A stretch of 64,000 bases of DNA, taken from positions 4,679 to 68,678 of the forward strand of contig JAHEIO010000007.1 in NCBI GenBank assembly GCA_024639325.1, given 5' to 3'. The notes under the pieces are model-generated. The model had not been told where the DNA came from, ran no database searches, and was given only the letters and a program-made list of their open reading frames with translations. Shown piece by piece: positions 31,844 to 41,572 of the stretch. The stretch is from Gammaproteobacteria bacterium. Its GTDB lineage: Bacteria > Pseudomonadota > Gammaproteobacteria > Arenicellales > JAANXG01. The translations under genes and the position numbers were made by a program. The first letter of the stretch is position 1, and every line of letters begins with the position of its first letter.

Positions 31844-31868
31844 CTTATCCACATTTTCTGTGGATAAG
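31844..31868. promoter_or_regulatory. inverted pair of perfect DnaA-box 9-mers forming a hairpin
   Basis: TTATCCACA at 31845-31853 and TGTGGATAA at 31859-31867, separated by TTTTC. Starts 10 nt after the acetolactate-synthase-like stop codon, in a convergent intergenic region. Confidence 0.4.
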
Positions 31869-32062
31869 TCTGTTGATAAACGCCGTTTGCAACGCTGATG
31901 AACCGACCAATGGTCATCTTGCGTTAAATTGATTAAAAAATACGCAAAACGAGTAAACGCTTAATATTCATGTAGTTACACGATATTTCTCCCCACCACG
32001 GTCAGGATTTGCATGCAACTGTGTTCCTCCGTCGGCAGAAAATCGAAATTGTGTAAAACATT

Positions 32063-32560
32063 TCAATCCGGCAGCCGCTCCAATGTGGCGAAGGAGTAAG
32101 GAAAACGGTTGCGATCATCCACCTCGTGGTCCGATATTGCCGTGACTTTCCACTGATTCCCGTCGAAATCCGGAAACCAGGTATCGCCCTCGAATTCGGC
32201 GTCGATCCGCGTCAGGTACAACCGCTTCGCTCGCGGAAATGCCTGGCGGTAAAGATCAGCACCCCCGATGATCATCAGCTCTTCCACATTGCCAGCGGCT
32301 TGGATCGCCTGGTCGAGTGATGAGGATGTGATGCAGCCTGGTGCCTGATAATGATCGTCCCGCGTGACGACGATATTGGTCCTGTCCGGCAGAGGCTTGC
32401 CGATAGATTCGTAGGTTTTCCGGCCCATGACCACGGGCTTGCCAAGGGTAGTCTGTTTGAAATGCCTGAGATCAGCGGGCAGATGCCACGGCAATCGGCC
32501 ATCGCCTCCAATCAGCCGGTTGCGATCCATTGCCACGATGATGGAGACGAGCGGAGTCAT
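32063..32560 (-). CDS. folA: dihydrofolate reductase
   Basis: 165 aa with IVAMDRNRLIGGDGRLPWHLPADLRHFKQTTLGKPVVMGRKTYESIG. Starts 2 nt after the thyA stop. Confidence 0.95.
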   Translation of the reverse strand: MTPLVSIIVAMDRNRLIGGDGRLPWHLPADLRHFKQTTLGKPVVMGRKTYESIGKPLPDRTNIVVTRDDHYQAPGCITSSSLDQAIQAAGNVEELMIIGGADLYRQAFPRAKRLYLTRIDAEFEGDTWFPDFDGNQWKVTAISDHEVDDRNRFPYSFATLERLPD

Positions 32561-32562
32561 GC

Positions 32563-33357
32563 TCAGACTGCGATTGGTGCGGCTATATGTGCGTGGCAGC
32601 GGTATTCGAGCAGTTCGAAGTCAGCGTAAGTGAAGCCAAAGATATCCATTACCCGGGGATTCAGTTTCATGGTGGGCATCGGGTAAGGTTCCCTGCCCAA
32701 TTGCTCCCTCGCCTGGTCCAGATGATTCAGATAAAGGTGGGCGTCGCCGAGCGTGTGGATAAACTCACCGGCCCCGAGCCCGCTAACCTGCGCAATCATC
32801 AGCGTCAATAGTGCATAAGATGCGATATTGAAAGGGACGCCCAGGAATACATCCGCGCTCCGCTGATAGAGCATGCACGACAACTTCCCGTCCGCAACAT
32901 AGAACTGGAACAGGACGTGGCACGGCGGAAGAGCCATTCTATCGACGTCGGCCACATTCCAAGCGCTCACGATCAGCCGTCGTGAATCCGGATCGGAGCG
33001 GATTTTGTCGACAACGCCGGAGATCTGATCGATCCTACCGCCGTCCGGCGTGGGCCAGGATCGCCACTGATAGCCGTATACCGGGCCCAGGTTGCCGTGT
33101 TCATCCGCCCATTCGTTCCAGATGCTCACACCGTTCTGTTTCAGGTAGCGGACATTGGTATCGCCTTTGAGGAACCAGAGCAGCTCGTGAACGATGGATT
33201 TGAGGTGCAGCTTTTTGGTGGTAACCAGGGGAAAACCCTCGTGCAGATCGAAACGCATCTGGTAGCCGAAGGCGCTGAGCGTCCCGGTGCCGGTGCGGTC
33301 GAGCTTGCGTGTCCCCTTGGAGAGCACGTGATCGATCAAGTCCAGATATTGCCGCAC
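32563..33357 (-). CDS. thyA: thymidylate synthase
   Basis: 264 aa with [21 protein letters not shown] and the active-site region [13 protein letters not shown]. Confidence 0.97.
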   Translation of the reverse strand: MRQYLDLIDHVLSKGTRKLDRTGTGTLSAFGYQMRFDLHEGFPLVTTKKLHLKSIVHELLWFLKGDTNVRYLKQNGVSIWNEWADEHGNLGPVYGYQWRSWPTPDGGRIDQISGVVDKIRSDPDSRRLIVSAWNVADVDRMALPPCHVLFQFYVADGKLSCMLYQRSADVFLGVPFNIASYALLTLMIAQVSGLGAGEFIHTLGDAHLYLNHLDQAREQLGREPYPMPTMKLNPRVMDIFGFTYADFELLEYRCHAHIAAPIAV

Positions 33358-33360
33358 GGA

Positions 33361-33795
33361 TCAGATGTCCGCTTCGTCCACGTCAATCTGTCCGGTCACC
33401 CGCCTCCTGATGTGAGACCAGGAAATACCGATGGAAAGGACCCCCGCTACACCGGTGAGCAGCATATAGATCAACTCCGAATTGCCCGTCAGTGCGGGAA
33501 ACCAGGTCATGAGGAGCCATATCAGGATGGCAAAAAATGCGATGGCGAGAAAAGTACCGAATGCACCAAGAGATCGGGTGGTCGCCCTCAGGAATATCGC
33601 CCAGCCGATGATGAGCACGATGCCGCCAAGCGCCATCAGTGGCGCGACGTCACTCCAGTCGCCGCGCAGGAGATCCCGCGCCCAGTGGAAATACGACCAG
33701 CCTTTGGGATTGTAGGTAGCGAACACCAGCAGCAGCGCCGCGCCAAGCCGGATGAGATAGTTGGTCCAGGTGAATTTGGTTCTTGTTTGTACCAT
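33361..33795 (-). CDS. small integral membrane protein, function unknown
   Basis: 144 aa with about four hydrophobic helices. Tightly packed between purL and thyA (gaps of 11 and 3 nt). Confidence 0.55.
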   Translation of the reverse strand: MVQTRTKFTWTNYLIRLGAALLLVFATYNPKGWSYFHWARDLLRGDWSDVAPLMALGGIVLIIGWAIFLRATTRSLGAFGTFLAIAFFAILIWLLMTWFPALTGNSELIYMLLTGVAGVLSIGISWSHIRRRVTGQIDVDEADI

Positions 33796-33806
33796 TTTTT
33801 GGGAGT

Positions 33807-36800
33807 CTACACGAACTCCCGCGCGTTACGGAAAAGCCGCATCCAGCCGCCGTCCTCACCCCAAAGATCCGGCGCCCACGAGCATTGCACCGTTCTGAAT
33901 ACCCTTTCGGGGTGCGGCATCATGATGGTCACCCTGCCGTTGTCATTGCTGAGTCCTGTAATTCCCAAGGCGGACCCGTTGGGATTGTAGGGATAAGTTT
34001 CCGTCACGACCCCGCGGTTGTCGACGAATCGGAGCGCGGCCGCACCGTGCAGCCGGTCGAGGCCTGAATCCGAGGCCAATTCGATCTTGCCTTCACCGTG
34101 GGAAACGACCACCGGAAGCCGCGATCCTTGCATCCCGGACAGCAGAACCGACGGACTCGGCGTCACCTCGACCATGACGTAACGGGCTTCGAACTGCTCG
34201 GACAGGTTCCTAACGAACCTGGGCCAGTGGCCCGCTCCCGGGATGAGTTCCTTGAGATGCGCGAGCATCTGACAGCCGTTGCACACACCCAGTGTAAAAG
34301 CGTCCTCCCTGGAGAAGTACTCCAGGAACTGATCCCGCAGACCCTCGTTGAACAGGATCGATTTGGCCCATCCACCACCGGCGCCCAGCACATCGCCGAA
34401 TGAAAATCCGCCGCAAGCGGCAAGGCCCTGAAATTCCGACAGCTTATGATGACCCGCCAGCAGGTCGTGCATGGCGACGTCCGTGGCGATGAATCCGGCC
34501 CGCTTGAAAGCGGCCGCCATCTCGATGTGTCCATTGACCCCCTGCTCGCGCAGGATGGCTACGCGAGGCGGCGTCTTCGATATGGCCGGCTGATCGAATT
34601 GCGACGGATCGTAGGTCAGAGATGCGTGCAGACCAGGATCTGCCGTATCGAGTATTCTGCCGTACTCCGCGTTCGCGCAGTCTTCGTTGTCCCGGAGCGC
34701 CTGCAGGCGCCACGTGGTTTCCGACCACTTCCGATGCAGATCCATCCTGGCCGCGTCCAGCAGTACCCGACCTTCATCCAGGATGCGAATGCGGTGATCG
34801 TCCCGTGGCGTCGCGATGCGGTGGGTAACGGCTTGCAGGCCATGAGAACCGACAACCTCCAAAATCCGTCCCCGGTGTTCCGAATCGATCTGAATGACCG
34901 CGCCCGCTTCCTCGTTGAAGAGCAGACCCAGAATGCCCGCTTCATCCCGGGTTCCGTTCAAACATGCCACATCGACATCGAGACCGATGCGCCCGGCGAA
35001 ACTCATTTCGAGCAAGGTCGCGATGACGCCGCCATCGGAGCGATCGTGGTAGGCGCAAATCCAGCCCTTCTCGACCAATTGCTGTACGGCCAGGAAGGCA
35101 TTCCTGATCAATCCGGGATCGTCGATATCCGGGGCCGAATCGCCCATCTGGCCATACGCCTGGGCCAGTGCGGAACCACCGAGGCGGTTCCGTCCATTGC
35201 CCAGATCGATGAGCCAGAACTCAGCATCTTCGCGACAGACCGCTCGAGGTGTCCGGGTCTTTCTGACGTCATCGACGGGAGCGAACGCGCTCACGATGAG
35301 TGAAACGGGTGCGGCCACCGCGTGGTCGCCCTGGGCGTCGCTCCAGACGCTTTTCATCGACATCGAGTCCTTGCCCACGGGAATGGAGATGCCAAGCCCG
35401 GGGCAGAATTCGACCGCCACGCTCCGCACGGTTTCGAACAGAGCGGCATCCTCGCCCGGGTGGCCAGCCGCGGCCATCCAGTTAGCGGAGAGTTTGACTT
35501 CACCTAAAGACCTGATATCGGCAGCGGCCAGATTGAGCAGGGCCTCGGCTACCGCCATGCGACCGCTGGCCGGCGCATCGAGGACGGCAACAGGAGATCG
35601 CTCTCCAATGGCCATCGCCTCGCCGTGGTATGTGGTGTAGCCGGCGGACGTTACCGCAACATCCGCCACGGGCACCTGCCATGGACCGACCATCTGCTCA
35701 CGGCACACCAAACCGCCAACACTGCGGTCACCAATGGTGACGAGGAAAGTCTTGTCGGCAACCGCGGGAAAAAGCAACACGCGATCCAGCGCATCGGCGA
35801 CAGTGACACCGTCAAGCTCGAGCGCTCTCGATGCCGTGCGCGTAGCCCTCACATTTCGGGTCATGACCGGTGTATTGCCAAACAACGCCTGCATCGGCAT
35901 GTGAATCGGGGTATTCATCGGCGCACCCTGGTCATCGAAATGCGCATCCTCCAGCAGCAAAAGCTGCTCTGCCGTCGCACGCCCGACGACGCAATACAGG
36001 CATCGCTCACGCTCGCAAAGCGAGACGAATAGGTCCAGCCCTTCCTCTGCCACGGCGACCGCGTATCTTTCCTGGGCCTCGTTGCACCAGATCTGCATCG
36101 GCGTCATGCCGGGATCATCATTGAGGATTTCACGCAGATGGAAATGCGCACCCCGGCCGGAGCCGTGCACGAGTTCAGGCAATGCATTGGACAAGCCGCC
36201 CGCGCCAATGTCGTGGATAGACAACATCGGATTGGCTTCGCCGAGTTCCCAGCATCTGTCTATGACTTCCTGGCATCGCCGCTGCATCTCGGGATTTCCG
36301 CGCTGAACGGAGCTGAAGTCGAGCGCCTCGTCCCCGGTGCCCGTGGCCACGCTGGACGCCGCGCCGCCGCCGAGACCGATCATCATCGCCGGCCCGCCCA
36401 GCACCACGATAACCGACCCGTCCGTTATCTCCTTTTTGTGGACATGCTGTTCGCGGATGTTGCCCAAACCGCCGGCCAGCATGATCGGCTTGTGGTAACC
36501 GCGGATCTCCGTTTGTCCAAGCGCGTCGACGGTTTTCTGCTCGAAGGTTCGAAAATAGCCCGCGATGTTGGGTCTGCCGAACTCGTTGTTGAACGAAGCG
36601 CCCCCGATGGGTCCCTCCAGCATGATCTGCAGCGGGCTGGCCAGTCGTGCGGGGCGGCGTTCCGGACCCTCCCAGGGCCGCAAGGCGCCGGGTATGCGCA
36701 GGTTGGACACCGAGAATCCGGTCAATCCGGCCTTGGGTTTGGCCCCTGTCCCGGTAGCACCCTCGTCCCTGATTTCACCTCCCGATCCCGTTGCGGCGCC

Positions 36801-37724
36801 GGGAAAAGGCGATATTCCGGTTGGGTGATTGTGGGTCTCGACCTTGCACAGGATGTGGACCGGTTCATCGTGGTACTCGTACTCATGGCCTGTCGCCACC
36901 GGAAACAGCCGCTCGGCCGTCGATCCGCGCAGCACCGCCGAATTGTCTTCGTAGGCGACCAGGGTGCCTTGATTGTTGCGCCGGTGGCTCTCGCGGATCA
37001 TATTGAACAACGTTTCGGAACGTTGCTGCTGATCGATAATCCAGTTGGCGTTGAATATCTTGTGTCGGCAATGTTCGGAGTTCACCTGGGCGAACATCAT
37101 CAGCTCAACGTCCGTGGGATTTCGACCCATATCCGAAAACTGCTGCATGAGATAAGTTATCTCGTCGTCGGAAAGGGCCATCCCCCATTCCTGGTTGGCT
37201 CGCGCCAGAGCGGAAACACCCCCGTGCAGAACATCGACCACCTCCAGCGGTCGGGGCTCGAAATGCCGGAATATCTGCGCGCATTCGCTGAAGTCCCTCA
37301 GCACGGATTCCGTCATCGGATCGTGTAAATGCTCGGTGATCCGCGCACACTCCGCGTCCGGCGGGATTTCGCCCGCGCTCTGCTGCAGCCACCATACGAT
37401 ACCGCGCTCGATACGGTTTATCTCCGGCAGTCCACAGCGGTGGGCAATATCGGTGGCCTTGGTCGACCAGGGGGAAATCGTACCCAGCCTCGGCACGACC
37501 ACAAACAGCTCTCCGCGCGAATTGTCAGCGGTGCCACTCTGGCCGTAGTCGAGCAACCGCCGCAATGCCTCCTCCTTGTCCGGCGCCAGGTCCGCGGCCG
37601 TATCGACGAAATGCCAGAACTCGGCGTAGACCGATTTCAGCCCGGGAAGGCTCGTGCGCAGCAGAGATTCCAGCTTACGGAGTCGGAATCGGGGATGCGC
37701 TGCGCTGCCGCGAAGTTGAAGCAT
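33807..37724 (-). CDS. purL: phosphoribosylformylglycinamidine synthase (single-chain large PurL)
   Basis: About 1300 aa with AIR-synthase-related repeats and a C-terminal GATase (GVCNGCQML). Start set at the internal ATG (MLQLRGS) at 37724, because the longer ORF overlaps purC. Confidence 0.95.
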   Translation of the reverse strand: MLQLRGSAAHPRFRLRKLESLLRTSLPGLKSVYAEFWHFVDTAADLAPDKEEALRRLLDYGQSGTADNSRGELFVVVPRLGTISPWSTKATDIAHRCGLPEINRIERGIVWWLQQSAGEIPPDAECARITEHLHDPMTESVLRDFSECAQIFRHFEPRPLEVVDVLHGGVSALARANQEWGMALSDDEITYLMQQFSDMGRNPTDVELMMFAQVNSEHCRHKIFNANWIIDQQQRSETLFNMIRESHRRNNQGTLVAYEDNSAVLRGSTAERLFPVATGHEYEYHDEPVHILCKVETHNHPTGISPFPGAATGSGGEIRDEGATGTGAKPKAGLTGFSVSNLRIPGALRPWEGPERRPARLASPLQIMLEGPIGGASFNNEFGRPNIAGYFRTFEQKTVDALGQTEIRGYHKPIMLAGGLGNIREQHVHKKEITDGSVIVVLGGPAMMIGLGGGAASSVATGTGDEALDFSSVQRGNPEMQRRCQEVIDRCWELGEANPMLSIHDIGAGGLSNALPELVHGSGRGAHFHLREILNDDPGMTPMQIWCNEAQERYAVAVAEEGLDLFVSLCERERCLYCVVGRATAEQLLLLEDAHFDDQGAPMNTPIHMPMQALFGNTPVMTRNVRATRTASRALELDGVTVADALDRVLLFPAVADKTFLVTIGDRSVGGLVCREQMVGPWQVPVADVAVTSAGYTTYHGEAMAIGERSPVAVLDAPASGRMAVAEALLNLAAADIRSLGEVKLSANWMAAAGHPGEDAALFETVRSVAVEFCPGLGISIPVGKDSMSMKSVWSDAQGDHAVAAPVSLIVSAFAPVDDVRKTRTPRAVCREDAEFWLIDLGNGRNRLGGSALAQAYGQMGDSAPDIDDPGLIRNAFLAVQQLVEKGWICAYHDRSDGGVIATLLEMSFAGRIGLDVDVACLNGTRDEAGILGLLFNEEAGAVIQIDSEHRGRILEVVGSHGLQAVTHRIATPRDDHRIRILDEGRVLLDAARMDLHRKWSETTWRLQALRDNEDCANAEYGRILDTADPGLHASLTYDPSQFDQPAISKTPPRVAILREQGVNGHIEMAAAFKRAGFIATDVAMHDLLAGHHKLSEFQGLAACGGFSFGDVLGAGGGWAKSILFNEGLRDQFLEYFSREDAFTLGVCNGCQMLAHLKELIPGAGHWPRFVRNLSEQFEARYVMVEVTPSPSVLLSGMQGSRLPVVVSHGEGKIELASDSGLDRLHGAAALRFVDNRGVVTETYPYNPNGSALGITGLSNDNGRVTIMMPHPERVFRTVQCSWAPDLWGEDGGWMRLFRNAREFV

Positions 37725-37755
37725 TACGAGCGGTAAATCGGCTGAACTGCGGCTT

Positions 37756-38469
37756 TCAGTCCAGAGGCACTCCGAGCCGTTGCGCAACCTCTTCATAGGC
37801 TTCGACGACGCCGCCCAGATTGCGGCGGAACCTGTCCTTGTCAAGCTTTTCGCGGGTATTTACGTCCCAGATGCGGCAGCCATCGGGGGTGAACTCGTCG
37901 CCCAGAAACAGCTTCCCATCCTGGCGTCCGAATTCCAGTTTGAAATCCACCAGCAGCATGTCGCTTTTGAGGAACATCGATTTGAGTATGTCGTTCACCT
38001 GGAAAGTGCGCTCGATCATAGTCTTGACCTCGTCTTCCGTGGCCCAGCCGAAAGATCGGATGTGATACTCGTTGATCATCGGATCGTGCAGCGGATCGTT
38101 CTTGAGGAAGAACTCGAACGTGGGCGGATCGAGGTCTATTCCATCCTCCACACCAAGGCGTTTGCATATGGACCCCGTCGCAATGTTCCTGACGACGCAT
38201 TCCACCGGAATCATCTCGAGACGCTTCACCACGGACTCATCGTCTGACAACAAACGTTCGAAATGCGTTGCGATGCCGTGTTTTTCCAGTTCCCGCATCA
38301 CGAACGCGTTAAATTTGTTGTTCACCATTCCCTTTCGGTCGAGCTGCGCCACCTTTTGGCCATCGAAGGCGGAGGTGTCGTTACGAAAGTGCAGAATCAG
38401 AAGTTCGGGTGAATCCGTCAGATAGACCGATTTGGCTTTTCCTGCGTAAAGTTGGTCACTTCGCTGCAT
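37756..38469 (-). CDS. purC: phosphoribosylaminoimidazole-succinocarboxamide synthase
   Basis: 237 aa with [10 protein letters not shown] ... DGQK ... the typical SAICAR synthetase layout. Confidence 0.95.
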   Translation of the reverse strand: MQRSDQLYAGKAKSVYLTDSPELLILHFRNDTSAFDGQKVAQLDRKGMVNNKFNAFVMRELEKHGIATHFERLLSDDESVVKRLEMIPVECVVRNIATGSICKRLGVEDGIDLDPPTFEFFLKNDPLHDPMINEYHIRSFGWATEDEVKTMIERTFQVNDILKSMFLKSDMLLVDFKLEFGRQDGKLFLGDEFTPDGCRIWDVNTREKLDKDRFRRNLGGVVEAYEEVAQRLGVPLD

Positions 38470-38486
38470 GGCTTACCTCAAAATGG

Positions 38487-38510
38487 AACAACGCCGGGAT
38501 AGGCGTTGTT
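38487..38510 (-). terminator. hairpin plus T-run between dapA and purC (terminator or 5'-UTR attenuator candidate)
   Basis: AACAACGCC / 6-nt loop / GGCGTTGTT. On the minus strand it is followed by CCATTTTGAGGTAAGC and then the purC ATG, so it sits only 18 nt upstream of purC. Confidence 0.4.
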
Positions 38511-38606
38511 GAAACAGACTGTTGATAAATCAAAAGTAAACACCTTAGTCGTGTCACTCCTTGAAAAGAATTCCCAGCCGCCTGGTGAAAATTGCGAGCT
38601 AGAGGC

Positions 38607-39485
38607 TCACAGGACTCCGGCCTTGTTCATTGCCGCCCGAACCTGTCCGTGGAAGTGATCCGACAATGGTGTCAACGGCAACCTGATGTATCCCCCGATG
38701 AGGCCCAATTGCTGCACAGCCCATTTTACGGGAATCGGGTTCGATTCCAGAAACAGCGCGGCGTGCAGGTCTTGTAGCGTCTTGTTGATTTTCTTGGCCC
38801 GTTTGAAATCGCCGTTCAGGGCGGCCGCGCACATGTCACTCATCTGTCGGGGGGCCACGTTCGCAGTGACTGAAATGACGCCGCGACCGCCGGCACGCAT
38901 GTGCTCCTCGGCGTTACCGTCCTCTCCTGAAACCACCACGGGCATGCGATCGGCACACATTTCCACGAGCTCTTTCGCCCGGTTGATCTCGGCGCTGGCA
39001 TCCTTGATCCCGATGATGTTGTCGATGTCTGCCAGGCGATTAACCACCGGCGTCAACATGTCGCAGGCGGTACGACTGGGGACGTTGTAAAGGATCTGGG
39101 GAATCGGCACGGCATTCGCGATTGCCTTGAAGTGCAGATAAAGGCCTTCCTGAGTGGGTTTGTTGTAGTAGGGCGTCACCAGAAGACACGCGTCTGCGCC
39201 TAGCTCGTGCGCACGCCTGGTGAGGTGGATGGCTTCGGCGGTGGAGTTTGCCCCGGTTCCGGCGATCACCGGTATCCGGCCGCTCGCGGACGCTATGGTC
39301 CGCTCCACGACCGCGCAGTGCTCTTCCGGATCGAGCGTCGCTGATTCTCCGGTGGTACCAACCGATATGATCGCGTTGGTGCCGTTTTCAACATGAAATT
39401 CCACCAGTCTCGCCAGGGCTTCGTAATCAACCGCGCCGTCGTCCGTCATCGGGGTCACCAGCGCTACCATACTTCCTTGAAACAT
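38607..39485 (-). CDS. dapA: 4-hydroxy-tetrahydrodipicolinate synthase
   Basis: MFQGSMVALVTPM, GTTGESATL, YNVPSRT. Start set at the internal ATG at 39485. Confidence 0.95.
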   Translation of the reverse strand: MFQGSMVALVTPMTDDGAVDYEALARLVEFHVENGTNAIISVGTTGESATLDPEEHCAVVERTIASASGRIPVIAGTGANSTAEAIHLTRRAHELGADACLLVTPYYNKPTQEGLYLHFKAIANAVPIPQILYNVPSRTACDMLTPVVNRLADIDNIIGIKDASAEINRAKELVEMCADRMPVVVSGEDGNAEEHMRAGGRGVISVTANVAPRQMSDMCAAALNGDFKRAKKINKTLQDLHAALFLESNPIPVKWAVQQLGLIGGYIRLPLTPLSDHFHGQVRAAMNKAGVL

Positions 39486-39632
39486 GCGAATCGCCTTGAA
39501 TTCTTTATTGTCGGAACGGACCATCGATGGTACTGGCCTGCCGCGGCAATCGCAACCGGGTTATGGCATTTCAATAACCCGCTCCTTCGTGCTATCTTGA
39601 GGGTTTAACTAGTTAGTAACGAGGAGTCGTAG

Positions 39633-40814
39633 ATGTTCGACGGTTTGCTGCAATTGCCCTGGTGGGGAGCTGTAATCGTGGCGCTGGTGCTTACGCATAT
39701 CACCATCGCAGCCGTGACGATATACCTGCACCGGCATCAAACCCACCTGGCGCTGGATCTGCACCCCGCCGTGAGCCATTTTTTTCGCTTCTGGCTCTGG
39801 ATAACCACGGGAATGAATACAAAAGAGTGGGTGGCTATTCATCGCAAGCACCACGCAAATGTTGAAACCGAGCAGGACCCGCACAGCCCGGTCATCAAGG
39901 GTATACGCACTGTGCTGTGGGGTGGATGGTTCCTCTATCACCGGGAGGCTTCCAATACCGAGACGCTCGAAAAATACGGCGCCGGTACGCCGGACGACTG
40001 GCTGGAGCGAAACATCTACGGCAAATTCCTGAACTTGAGCCTGTTTGCGATGCTGCTGATCGAAGTCTTGCTGTTCGGAACCGTCGCGGGATTCCTTATC
40101 TGGCTGACCCAGATGCTTTGGATTCCTTTCTGGGCGGCGGGCGTCATCAACGGCGTAGGGCACTATTGGGGTTATCGGAATTTCGAGGTCAGGGACGCGA
40201 GCAAGAACATCGTGCCCTGGGGTTTCATCATCGGCGGCGAAGAGCTGCACAACAATCATCACGCTTACGCGAGCTCGGCCAAGTTCTCGATGAAAAAATG
40301 GGAATTCGATCTGGGCTGGCAATACATCCGCCTGCTGCGGGCGCTGGGCCTGGCAAAGGTCAAGAAGGTTGCACCGACACTGGTTCTCAGTCCCGAAAAG
40401 CATCAATTTGATCAGCACACGGTGCGGCCGCTGATCAACAGCCGCTTTCAGGTGATGTCAAATTTCGCCAGAGACGTGATGAACAACGTGCACGCCGATG
40501 AACTCAAACGCCTGGGTGTGAACCGTAAACAACGCGTATTGCTCAAGCGCGCTCGCAGGCTGATGCGACGGGAATACAGCCTGCTCAATGACAACGCCAG
40601 GGCTCAGCTCAAACGCGCGCTGGAACTCAGCCCAAGCCTGTCCAGTGTGTACACGATGAAACAGAAACTGCAGACGATCTGGGTGAAGTCTAACAACCTC
40701 GAGGGGCTGCTGCAGGCGCTCGAGGACTGGTGCCGCGCTGCTGAAGCATCGGGCATCGGGGCGCTGCAGGAATTTTCCGATCGACTGCGGCGTTACCAGC
40801 TGGCCCCGGCCTGA
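39633..40814 (+). CDS. membrane fatty-acid (acyl-CoA/acyl-lipid) desaturase
   Basis: 393 aa with N-terminal TM helices and histidine boxes HRHQTH, HRKHHA and HNNHHA. Confidence 0.85.
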   Translation: MFDGLLQLPWWGAVIVALVLTHITIAAVTIYLHRHQTHLALDLHPAVSHFFRFWLWITTGMNTKEWVAIHRKHHANVETEQDPHSPVIKGIRTVLWGGWFLYHREASNTETLEKYGAGTPDDWLERNIYGKFLNLSLFAMLLIEVLLFGTVAGFLIWLTQMLWIPFWAAGVINGVGHYWGYRNFEVRDASKNIVPWGFIIGGEELHNNHHAYASSAKFSMKKWEFDLGWQYIRLLRALGLAKVKKVAPTLVLSPEKHQFDQHTVRPLINSRFQVMSNFARDVMNNVHADELKRLGVNRKQRVLLKRARRLMRREYSLLNDNARAQLKRALELSPSLSSVYTMKQKLQTIWVKSNNLEGLLQALEDWCRAAEASGIGALQEFSDRLRRYQLAPA

Positions 40815-40819
40815 CGTCT

Positions 40820-40843
40820 GGTAACCCTGGAACCAGGGTTACC
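40820..40843. terminator. perfect 11-bp inverted repeat between convergent desaturase and HNH genes
   Basis: GGTAACCCTGG AA CCAGGGTTACC. Overlaps the HNH stop codon. No flanking T-run, so its role as an intrinsic terminator is uncertain. Confidence 0.3.
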
Positions 40844-41435
40844 TCATCCTGAGGCGTTCATGCAGGGGGCTGCTTCTGGGGAAGTGCGCCAGCAGAAACT
40901 GCATCTGATCCGCCAGTACGCGGCGCCCCCGGAGGTAGACGTATTCGGCGTGTGTTGGCGCGAACGGCACGGCCAGCAGTTTCATGCTCGCCTGTTCGGG
41001 CGTGCGGCCCGCCTTGTGATTGTTGCAGCGCTTGCAGGCGGTAACCACGTTCGTCCACCCTCCGGTGCCGCCCTGACTCATCGGCGTCACGTGATCGCGG
41101 GACAGGTCTTTGTGCCCGAACTTGCCGCCGCAGTACAGACACAGGTAGCCGTCGCGCGCGAATAGAGCCTCGTTGCTCAATGGCGGCGTATAGCTGCGAT
41201 TTGCCCTGATCGAGGCATAGCTGTCGCCACGGGTAGCTATGATGGAATTGACGTCGATGACGCTCTGGCGCCTGGTACGGGAATTGAATCCGCCGTGGAT
41301 GCGATAGAGAAGTTCACCGCAGGCATATTCCACCTGCTTCAGGTGATACAGGCGCACCGCGTCGCGGTAGTTGATCCAGTCAAGCGGCATCCCTGCAACG
41401 TCGGTTCTCAACACTTGATGGTCCAGAGAATACAT
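40839..41435 (-). CDS. HNH endonuclease family protein
   Basis: HNH/zinc motif CLYCGG ... DHVTPMSQGG ... NVVTACKRCNNHK. Start set at the internal ATG (MYSLDHQ) at 41435. Confidence 0.8.
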   Translation of the reverse strand: MYSLDHQVLRTDVAGMPLDWINYRDAVRLYHLKQVEYACGELLYRIHGGFNSRTRRQSVIDVNSIIATRGDSYASIRANRSYTPPLSNEALFARDGYLCLYCGGKFGHKDLSRDHVTPMSQGGTGGWTNVVTACKRCNNHKAGRTPEQASMKLLAVPFAPTHAEYVYLRGRRVLADQMQFLLAHFPRSSPLHERLRMR

Positions 41436-41572
41436 TACAACAGCCCCATTCAAATCACAGCAATTGTCAACTTGAAACCGGCAAATCACAAGCCAGAGAA
41501 GTTGCAACCTGATGATGAAAAAGATGGCACCAGATTAAACCAGAGAAACAGGTGTAAAACAAATGAGTGGGA

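Noticed and set aside
31844-32062. Replication origin (oriC) at the DnaA-box pair
   Set aside because: There are only two boxes, both within one hairpin. I found no array of additional boxes, no recognisable AT-rich 13-mer repeats, no dnaA, dnaN, gidA or mioC context, and the site lies between convergent genes.
36138-37328. 396-aa ORF antisense to purL (and the 285-aa ORF at 34446-35303)
   Set aside because: Both are contained within purL and are spurious antisense frames.
37725-37844. N-terminal 40-codon extension of the purL ORF, and similar extensions at 12894-12974, 13885-13935, 39486-39524, 57690-57893 and 60554-60730
   Set aside because: The extensions overlap the upstream gene or lack similarity to the family N-terminus. 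Internal ATGs give canonical N-termini and sensible intergenic spacing.
39609-40418. 269-aa minus-strand ORF overlapping the desaturase gene
   Set aside because: The plus-strand frame carries the three histidine boxes and TM helices of a desaturase. The minus-strand product has no recognisable features.
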